This document shows, piece by piece, positions 27,901-38,694 of a stretch of 64,000 nt of DNA (the first letter of the stretch is position 1; each line of letters starts with the position of its first letter). The DNA lies in contig NC_043025.1 of assembly GCF_006345805.1 (NCBI RefSeq), positions 16,998,405-17,062,404 of the forward strand, written 5' to 3'. The stretch comes from Octopus sinensis (Eukaryota). The notes under the pieces were generated by a model. It was not told where the DNA came from, searched no databases, and saw only the letters and a list, made by a program, of their open reading frames with translations. Position numbers and translations under genes: made by a program.

Positions 27901-30900
27901 CTGAAAACTTTTGAGAATTTTCTGAACACTTGCATAAAAATAACATTTTTATCACTCAGTTAATTTATATTTACCGAACAGATTTCGAAATGTTTTATTG
28001 TTTTTCAAGTACACATTTGAAATATTTTGACATTTTCTAACCTGAAAATTTTGAGAATTTAGTGATCTCTTGGATCAAAATAAGCTTATTATCACTCAGT
28101 TAATATATATTTACCTTACAGATCACAAAATTTTTTGTTCTTTTTCAAGTGCACATTTGAAATATTTTGACATTTTCTACCCTGACAACTTTTGAGAATT
28201 TAGTGATCTCTTGGATAAATACACGCACATTCTCACTCAGATAACTTATATTTACATAACAGATCTCAAAAAATTTTGTTGTTTTTACAGTACACATTTG
28301 AAATATTTTGACATTTTCTAACCTGAAAACTTTTGAGAATTTAGTGAACTCTTGGATAAAAATAAGTTCATTATCACTAAGTTAATTTATATTTACCCAA
28401 GAGATTTCAAAATTTTTTCTTGTTTTTCAAGTACACATTTGAAATATTTTGACATTTTCTAACCTGAAAACTTTTCAGAATTTAGTGAACTCTTGGATAA
28501 ATGTATGCTTATTATCACTCAGTTAATTAATATTTCACCTCACAAATCACAAAATATTTTGTTGATTCTCAAGTACACATTTGAAATATTTTGACATTTT
28601 CTAATCTGAAAACTTTTGAGAATTTAGTGATGTCTTAGATAAATATAAGCTTATTATCTCTCAGTTAATTTATATTTACCTAACAGATCACAAAATAATT
28701 TGTTGTTTTTCACGTACACATTTGAAATATTTTTACATTTTCTAACCGGAAAACTTTTGAGAATTTAGTGATCTCTTGGATAAATAGAAGCTTATTATCT
28801 CTCAGTTAATTTATATTTACCTAACAGATCACAAAATAATTTGTTGTTTTTCAAGTACACATTTGAAATATTTTTACATTTTCTAACCGGAAAACTTTTG
28901 AGAATTTAGTGATCTCTTGGATAAATATAAGCTTATTATCACTCAGTTAATTTATAATTACCGAACAGATCACAAAATTTTTGTTGTTTTTCAAATACAC
29001 ATTTGAAATATTTTGACATTTTCTAACCTGAAAACTTTTGAGAATTTAGTTATCACTTGGATAAAAAAAAACTTATTATCACTCAGTTAATTTATAGTTA
29101 CCTAACTGATCAAAAAATATTTTGTTGTTTTTCAAGTACACATTTGAAATATTTTCACATTTTCTAACCTGAAAACTTTTGAGAATTTAGTGATCTCTTG
29201 CAAAAAAATAAGATTATTATCACTCAGTTAATTTATATTTACCCAACAGATTTCAAAACTTTTTATTGTTTTTCAAGTACAGATTTGAAATATTTTGACA
29301 TTTTCTAACCTGAAAACTTTTGAGAATTTAGTGATCTCTTGGATAAATATAAGCTTATTATCACTCAGTTAATATATATTTACCGAACAGATCACAAAAT
29401 TTTTTTTTGTTTTTCAAGAAAACATTTCAAACATTTTGACGTTTTCTAACCTGAAAACCTTTGAGACTTTCGTGATCTCTTAGATTTATATAAGCTTATT
29501 ATAACTCAGTTTACTCAGTTAAACTAACAGAGCACTTAATTTTTTGTTGTTTTTCAAGTACACATTTGAAATAATTTGACATTTTCTTACCTGAAAACTT
29601 TTGAGAATTCAGTGATCTCTTGGATAAATATAAGCTTATTACCACTTAGTTAATTTATACTTACGAAAATATCACGAAATTTTTTGTTTTTTTTCCAGCA
29701 CACATTTCAAATATTTTGACATTTTCTAATCTTAAAACTTTTGAGAATTTAGTGATGTCTAGGATAATTATACGCATATTATCACTCAGTTAACATATAT
29801 TTACCTAAAAGATTACTTGATTTTTTGTTGTTTTTCAAGTACACATTTGAAATATTTTGACATTTTCTAACCTGAAAACTTTTGAGATTTTAGTGATCTC
29901 TTGGATAAATATAAGCTTATTATAACTCACTTAACTCAGTTAACCTAACAGATCACTTAATTTTTTATGGTTTTTTCAAGTACACATTTCAAATATTTTC
30001 TAACCTGAAAACTTTTGAGAATTTAGTGATCTCTTGGATAAACATAAGTTTATTATCACTCAATTTATATTCACCAAACAGATCACAAATTTTTTTTGTT
30101 TTTCAAGTAGACATTTGAAATAATTTGACATTTTCTAACCTGAAAACTTTTGAGAATTTAGTGATCTCTTGGATAAATATAAGCTTATTACCACTCAGTT
30201 AATTTATATTTACCGAACAGATCACAAAATTTTTGTTGTTTTCCAAGTGCACATTTGAAATATTTTGACATCTTCTAACCTGAAAACTTTTGAGAATTTT
30301 GTGATCTCTTGGATAAATATAAGCTTATTATCACTCAGTTAACTTATATTTACCTAAGAGATCACAAAATATTTTGTTGTTTTTCAAGTACACATTTGAA
30401 ATATTTTGACATTTTCTAACCTGAAACCTTTTCAGAATTTTGTGATCTCTTGGATAAATATAAGCTTATTATCACTCAATTTATATTCATCGGACAGACC
30501 ACAATTTTTTTTTGTTTTTCAAGTACACATTTGAAATATTTTGACATTTTCTAACCTGGAATCTTTTGAGAATTTAGTGATCTCTTGGATAAACATAAGC
30601 TTATTATAACTCAGTTAACTAAGTTAATCTAACAGATCACTTAATTTTTGTTGTTTTTCAAGTACAAATTTGAAATATTTTGACATTTTCTAACCTGAAA
30701 ACTTTTGAGAATTTAGTGATCTCTTGGATAAATATAAGCTTATTATTGCTCAGTTAATTTATATTTACCTAACAGATCACAAATTTTTTTTTTCTTTTTC
30801 AAGTACACTTTTGAAATATTTTGACATCTTCTAACCTGAAAAGTTTTGAGAATTTAGTGATCTCTTGGATAAATATAAGCATATTTTCACTCAGTTAACT

Positions 30901-33900
30901 TATATTTACCTAACAGATCACAAAATATTTTGTTGTTTTTCAAGTACACATTTGAAATATTTTGACATTTTCTAACCTGAAAACTTTTGAGAATTTAGTG
31001 ATCTCTTGGATAAATATAAGCTTATTTTCACTCAGTTAATTTATATTTACCTAACACAGCACATAATTTGTTGTTGTTTTTCAAGTACACATTTGAAATA
31101 TTTTTTAACATTTTCTAACCTGAAAACTTTGAGAATTTAGTGATCTCTTGGATAAATTTAATCTTATTATAACTCAGTTAACTCAGTTAACCTAACAGAT
31201 CACTTAATTTTTTGTTGTTTTTCAAGTACACATTTGAATTATTTTGACATTTTCTAACCTGAAGACTTTTGAGAATTTAGTGATCTCTTGGATAAATATA
31301 AGCTTATTATCACTCAGTCAATTTATATTTACCGAACAGATCACAAAATTTTTTTTGTTTTTCAAGTATACATTTGAAATATTTTGACATTTTCTAACCT
31401 GAAAACCATTGAGAATTTAGTGATCTCTTGGATAAATATACGCATATTATCACTCAGTTAACTTATATTTACCTAAAAGATCACTTAATTTTTTGTTGTT
31501 TTTCAAGTACACATTTGGAATATTTTCACAAGTTCTAACCTGAAAACTTTTGAAAATTTAGTGATCTCTTGGATAAATATAAGCTTATTATCACTTAGTT
31601 AATTTATATTTACCGAACAGATCACAAAATTTTTTTTTGTTGTTCTTCAAGTATACATTTGAAATATTTTCACATTTTCTAACCTGAAATCTTTTGAGAA
31701 ATTAGTTTTCTCTTGGATAAATATAAGCTTATTATCACTCAGTTAATTTATATTTACCTAACAGATCACAAAATTTTTTTTATCTTTTTCAAGTACACAT
31801 TTAAAATATTTTGACATTTTCTAACCTGAAAACATTTGAGAATTTAGTGATCTCTTGGATAAATATAAGCTTATTATCACTCAGTTAACTTATATTTACC
31901 TAACAGATCACAAAATATTTTGTTGTTTTTAAAGTACACATTTGAAATATTTTGATATTTTCTAATGTGAAAACTTTCGAGAATTTAGTGATCTCCTGGA
32001 TAAATATATGCTTATTATCACTCAGTTAATTTATATTTACCTAACAGATCACAAAATTTTTTGTTGTTTTTCAAGTACACATTTGAAATATTTTGACATT
32101 TTCTAACCTGAAAACTTTTGAGAAATTTGTTTTCTCTTGGATAAATATAAGCTTATTATCACTCAGTTAATTCATATTTTCCGAACAGATCTCAAATTTT
32201 TTGTCGTTTTTCAAATACACATTTGAAATATTTTGTCATTTTCTAACCTGAAAACTTTTGAAATTTAGTGATCTCTTGGATAAATATAAGCTTATTATAA
32301 CTCAGTTGACTCAGTTACCTAACAGATCACTTAATTTTTGTTGTTTTTGAAGTACACATTTGAAATATTTTGACATTTTCTAACCTGTAAACTTTTGAGA
32401 ATTTAGTGATCTCTTGGATAAATATAAGCTTATTATTGCTCAGTTAATTTATATTGACCTAACAGATCACAAAATTTTTTTTTCTTTTTCAAGTACACAT
32501 TTGAAATATTTTGACATTTTCTAACCTGAAAACTTTTGAGAATTTTGTGAACTCTTGGATAAATATAAGCTTATTATCACTCAGTTAACTTATTTACCTA
32601 ACAGATCACAAAATATTTTGTTGTTTTTCAAGTACACATTTGAAATATTTTGACATTTTCTAACGTGAAAACTTTTGAGAATTTAGTGATCTCTTGATAA
32701 ATATAAGCTTATTACCACTCAGTTAATTTATATTTACCTAACACAGCACAAAATTTGTTGTTGTTTTTCAAGTACACATTTGAAATATTTTGACATTTTC
32801 TAACCTGAAAACTTTTGAGAATTTAGTGATCTCTTGGATAAACATAAGTTTATTATCACTCATTTATATTCACCGAACAGATCACAAATTTTTTTGTTTT
32901 TCAAGTACACATTTGAAATATTTTGACATTTTCTAACCTGAAAACTTTTGAGACTTTAATGATCTCTTTGATAAATATAAGCCTATTATAACTCAATTAA
33001 CTCAGTTAACCTAACAGATCACAAATTTTTTGTTATTTTTCAAGTACACATTTGAAATATTTTGACATTTTCTAACCTGAAAACGTTTGAGAATTTAATG
33101 ATCTCTTGGATAATATAAGCTTATTATCACTCAGTTAATTTATATTTACCTAACAGATCACTTAATTTTTGTTGTTTTTCAAGTATACATTTGAAATATT
33201 TTCACATTTTCTCACCTGAAAACTTTTGAGAAATTAGTTTTCTCTTGGATAAATATAAGTTTATTATCACTCAGTTAATTTATATTTACCTTAGAGATCA
33301 CAAAATTTTTTGTTGTTTTTCAAGTACACATTTGAAAGATTATGACATTTTCTAACCTGAAAACTTTTGAGAATTTAGTGATCTCTCGGATAAATATAAG
33401 CTTATTATCACTCAGTTAATTTATATTTACCTAACAGATCACAAAATATTTTGTTGTTTTTCAAGTACACATTTGAAATATTTTGACACTTTCTAACCTG
33501 AAAACTTTTGAGAATTTAGTGATCTCTTGGAGAAATAGAAGCTTATTATCACTCAGTTAATTTATATTTACCTAACAGATTACAAAATCTTTTGTTGTTT
33601 TTCAAGTACACTTTTGAAATATTTTGACATTTTCTAACCTGAAAACATTTGAGAATTTAGTGATCTCTTGGATAAATATAAGCTTATTATCATTCAGTTA
33701 ATTTATATTTACCTAACAGATCACAAAATTTTTTGTTGTTTTTCAAGTACACATTTGAAATATTTTGACATTTTCTAACCTGAAAACATTTGAGAATTTA
33801 GTGATCCCTTGGATAAATATAAGCTTTTTATCACTCAGTTAATTTATATTTACCTAACAGATCACAAAATGTTTTATTGTTTTTCAAGTACACTATTTAA

Positions 33901-33967
33901 ATATTTTGACATTTTCTAAACTGAAAGCTTTTGAGAATTTAGTGATCTCTTGGATAAATATAAGCTT
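24935..33967 (-). repeat. Sat141 reverse domain 2 (~65 monomers, variant A)
   Basis: Reverse-complement units continue until ...cttggataaatataagctt at 33967. Confidence 0.97.
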
Positions 33968-36900
33968 TAATATTACTCTAAATGTTCTGAGAGGCGAAGG
34001 AAATTGTAATAGAATACTGGATACAAAAAATAGCAGTAATATTTTGGGGTAGATTTAATATTCCTCTGAAACTTCTGAAATGCCCAGGGAATTAAAATAG
34101 AAGACTAACATTAACTTTATCTTTCATTGTTGTGCGGTGGGAACAATAAAGTAGCAGTAAAATTCTGGGGTAGATATAATATTCCTCTAAACTTATGAGA
34201 TGCCAAGGGAATTATAATAGAAAACTAACTTTAACTTTAACTTTCATTGTAATTGTAATAGAAGACTAACATTAACTTTAACTTTCATCAGCAGTAAAAT
34301 TCTGGGATTGATTTAATATTCCTATAAAACTTCTGAGATGCCAAGGGAATTATAATAGAAGACTAACTCTAACTTTACCTTTCATTGTTGTGGGGTGGAT
34401 ACAATAAAGTAGCAAGTTAGCAGTAAAATTCTGGGGTAGATTTAATATTTCTCTAAAACTTCTGAGATGCCAAGGGAATTATAATAGAAAACTAACACTA
34501 ATTTTAACTTTCATTTTTGTGGGGTGGATACAATAAGGTAGGAGTCAAATTCTGGGGTAGATTTAATATTCCTCGAAAACTTCTGAGATAACAAGGGAAT
34601 TGTAATAGAATACTAACACCAATTTTAACTTTCATTTTTGTGGGGTGGATACAATAAAGTAGTAGTAAAATTCTGGGGTAGATTTAGTATTCCTCTAAAC
34701 TTCTGAGATAACAAGGGAATTGTAATAGAAGACTAAAATAACTTTACCTTTCATTGTTGTGGTGTGGATACAATAAAGTAGCAGTAAAATTCTGGGGTAG
34801 ATTTATTATTCCTCTAAAACTTCTGAGATGTCAAGGGAATTGTGAAAGAAGACTAAAGTATCTTTACCTTTCATTGTTGTGCGGTGGATACAATAAATTA
34901 GCAGTAAAATTCTGGGGTAGATTTAACATTCCTGTAAAACTTCTGAAATGCCAAGGGAATTAAAATAGAAGACTACCATTAAGTTTACCTTTCATTGTTG
35001 TGCTGTGGATACAATAAAGTAGTAGCAGTAAAATTCTGGGGTAGATTAATATTCCTCTAAAACGTCTGAGATGCCAAGGGAATTGTAATAGAATACTAAC
35101 AGTAACTTTACCTTTCATTGTTGTGGGGTGGATACAATAAAGTAGCAGTAAAATTCTAGGGCAGATTTAATATTTCTCTAAAACCTCTGAGATGCCAAGG
35201 GAATTGTAATAGAATACTAACAGTAACTTTATCTTTCATTGTTGTGTGGTGGATACAAAAAATAGCAGTAAAATTTTGTGGTAGATTTAATATTCCTCTA
35301 AAACTTCTGAAATGCCCAGAGAATTAAAATAGAAGACTAACATTATCTTTATCTTTCATTGTTGTGCGGTGGAGACAATAAAGTAGCAGCAAAATTCTGG
35401 GATAGATATAATATTCTTCTAAACTTATGAGATGCCAAGGGATTTATAATAGAAATCTAACATTAACTTTAACTTTCATTGTAATTGTAATAGAAGTCTA
35501 ACATTAACTTTAACTTTCTTTAGCAGTAAAATTCTCGTGTAGATTTAATATTCCTCTAAAACTTCTGAGATGCCAAGGGAATAGAAGACTAACAGTAACT
35601 TTATCTTTCATTGTTGTGGGGTGGATACAATAAATAGCAGTAAAATTCTGTAGTAGATTTAATATTCCTCTAAAACACCTGAGATGACAAGGGAATTATA
35701 ATAGAAGTCTAACACTAACTTTACCTTTCATTGTTGTGGGGTGGATAGAATAATTTAGCAGTAAATCTTTCATTAGCAGTAAAAGACATTTGTAATAGTA
35801 GACTAACATTAACTTTAAATTTCATCAGCAGTAAAATGCTGGGGTTGATTTAATATTCCTTGAAAACATCTCAGATGCCAAGGTAATTATAATAGAAGAC
35901 TAACAGTAACTTTAATTGTTGTGCGGTGGATACAATAAAGTAGAAGTAAAATTCTGGGGTAGATTTAATATTCCTGCAAAACTTCTGAAATGCCGAAGGA
36001 ATTAAAATAGAAGACTACCATTAACTTTACCTTTCATTGTTCTGCGGTGGATACCATAAACTAGCAGTAAAATTCTGGGGTAGTTTTAATATTCCTCTAA
36101 AACTTCTGAGATGCCAGGGGAATTATGATAGAAGACTAACACTACTTTACCTTTCATTGTTGTGGGGTGGATAAAATAAAGTAGCAGTGAAATACTGGAG
36201 TAGATTTAATATTCCTCTAAAACTTCTGAGATGCCAAGGTAATTGTAATAGAAGACTAAGATTAACGTTAACTTTCATTGTAATTGTATTAGAAGATTAA
36301 CATTAACTTTAACTTTCATTGTAATTGTATAATAAGACAAACATTAACTTTAACTTTCATTGGCAGTATAATTCTGGGGTAGATTTAATATTCCTCTAAA
36401 ACTTCTGAGATGCCAAGGCAATTGTAATAGAAGACTAAGATTAACGTTAACTTTCATTGTAATTGTATTAGAAGTTTAACATTAACTTTAACTTTCATTG
36501 TAATTGTATAATAAGACAAACATTAACTTTAACTTTCATTGGCAGTAAAATTCTGGGGTAGATTTAATATTCCTCTAAAACTTGTGAGATGCCAAGGTAA
36601 TTGTAATAGAAGACTAAGATTAATGTTAACTTTCATTGTAATTGTATTAGAAGATTAACATTAACTTTAACTTTCATTGTAATTGTATAATAAGACAAAC
36701 ATTAACTTTAACTTTCATTGGCAGTAAAATTCTGGGGTAGATTTAATATTCCTCTAAAACTTCTGAGATGCCAAGGCGATTGTAATAGAAGACTAAGATT
36801 AACGTTAACTTTCATTGTAATTGTATTAGAAGTTTAACATTAACTTTAACTTTCATTGTAATTGTATAATAAGACAAACATTAACTTTAACTTTCATTGG

Positions 36901-37699
36901 CAGTAAAATTCTGGGGTAGATTTAATATTCCTCTAAAACTTCTGAGATGCCAAGGGAATTGTATTAGGAGACTAAATTAACTTTACCTTTCATTGTTGTG
37001 GGGTGGATACAATAAAGTAGAAGTAAAATTCTGGGATATATTTAATATTCCTGTAAAACTTCTGAAATGCCAAGGGAATTATAATAGAAGACTAACACTA
37101 ACTTTTCCTTTCATCGTTGTGGGGTGTATACTATAAAGTAGCAGAAAAATTCTGGGGTAGATTTAATATTCCTCTAAAACTCCTGAGATGACAAGGGTAT
37201 TATAATAGAAGTCTAACACTAACTTTAACTTTCATTTAATATTCCTGTAAAACCTCTGAGATGCCTAAGGAATTATAAGAGAAGACGAAAACTAACTTTA
37301 CCTTTCATTGTTGTGGGTGGATAAAATAAAGTTGCGGTGAAATACTGGGGTAGATTTAATATTTCTATAAAACATCTGAGATGCAAAGGGAATTATAATA
37401 GAAGACTAACACTAACTTTACCTTTCATTGTTGTGGGTGGAAAAAATAACGTTGCAGTAAAATACTAGGGTAGATTTAATATTCCTCTAAAACTTCTGAG
37501 ATGCCTAGGGAATTATAAGGGAAGATTAACAGTAACTTTACTTTTCATTGTTGTGGGGTGGATACAATAAAGTTGCGGTGAAATACTGGGGTAGATTTAA
37601 TATTTCTATAAAACATCTGAGATTCCAAGGCAATTATAATACAAGACTAACACTAACTTTACCTTTTATTGTTGTTCGGTGGATAAAATAAAGTAGCAG
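33968..37699. repeat. Second satellite, ~121-bp monomer (Sat121), roughly 28-30 units
   Basis: Unit approx. ttaatattcctctaaaacttctgagatgccaagggaattgtaatagaagactaacattaactttacctttcattgttgtggggtggatacaataaagtagcagtaaaattctggggtagat. Measured spacings 34439-34560-34681 and 35101-35222 are 121 bp. No evident similarity to Sat141. Confidence 0.95.
36239..36955. repeat. Four copies of a 179-bp unit derived from Sat121
   Basis: Unit starts at 36239, 36418, 36597, 36776 and ends at 36955. Each unit has three 41-bp subrepeats (gtaattgtaatagaagactaagattaacgttaactttcatt-like; 36239/36280/36321) plus 56 bp. Confidence 0.92.
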
Positions 37700-38594
37700 G
37701 TTAACGATTCAACAGTCTAATGATTCTACAGGCTAACGATTCTACAGGCGAACGATTCTACGGGCTAATAATTCTACAGGCGAACGATTCTACGGGCTAA
37801 TGATTCTACAGGCTAATGATTCTATGGGCTAATGATTCTACGGGCTAATGATTCTACCGGCTAATGATTCTACGGGCGAATGGTTCTACAGGCTAATGAT
37901 TCTTCGGGCCAATGATTCTACAAATTAACGATTGTAGAGGCTAATAATTCTACAGGCTAATGATTCTAGAGGCTAATGATTCTATGGACTAATGATTCTA
38001 CGGGCTAATGATTCTAGAGGCTAATGATTCTACGGGCTAATGATTCTATGGGCTAATGATTCTACAAGCTAATGATACTACGGGCTAATAATTCTACAGG
38101 CTAATGATTCTACAGGTTAACGTTTCTACGGGCTAATGATTCTACATGCTAATGATTCTACAGGCTAACATTTCTACAGGCTAATGATTCTACGGGCTAA
38201 TGAACCTACGGGCTAATGATTCTGCTGCTAAAGATTTTACGGGCTAATGATTCTACAGGCTAACGTTTCTACGGGCTAATGATACTACAGGCTAATGATT
38301 CTACAGGCTAACATTTCTACAGGCTAGTGATTCTACGGGCTAATGAATCTACGGGCTAATGATTCTGCTGCTAAAGATTTTACGGGCTAATGATTCTACA
38401 GGCTAACGTTTCTACGGGCTAATGATACTACAGGCTAATGATTCTACAGGCTAACGTTTCTACAGGCTAATAATTCAACGGGCTAATGATTCTACAGGCT
38501 AATGATTCTACGGGCTAATGATTCTACAAGCTACTAATTCTACGGGCTAATGATTCTACGGGCCAATGATACTACAGGCTAACGTTTCTACAGG
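37700..38594. repeat. 16-bp minisatellite (ctaatgattctac[a/g]gg)n, ~56 copies, truncated by the gap
   Basis: Direct reading, e.g. ctaatgattctacagg ctaatgattctacggg, with variants ctaacgtttctacagg and ctaatgatactacagg. Confidence 0.96.
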
Positions 38595-38694
38595 NNNNNN
38601 NNNNNNNNNNNNNNNNNNNNNNNNNNNNNNNNNNNNNNNNNNNNNNNNNNNNNNNNNNNNNNNNNNNNNNNNNNNNNNNNNNNNNNNNNNNNNN
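38595..38694. other. Assembly gap (exactly 100 N)
   Basis: A run of 100 N is the conventional placeholder for a gap of unknown size. Confidence 0.97.

Noticed and set aside
34754-34963. 69-aa ORF in Sat121
   Set aside because: The peptide repeats with the monomer period and is a repeat translation.
33968-37699. G-quadruplex potential from the gggg/ggg runs in Sat121
   Set aside because: The G-runs are separated by roughly 25-45 nt, too far apart for a canonical intramolecular G4.
37700-38594. Telomeric repeat interpretation of the 16-mer
   Set aside because: It does not match the TTAGG, TTAGGG, TTAGGC or TTTAGGG types, and it is internal and heterogeneous.
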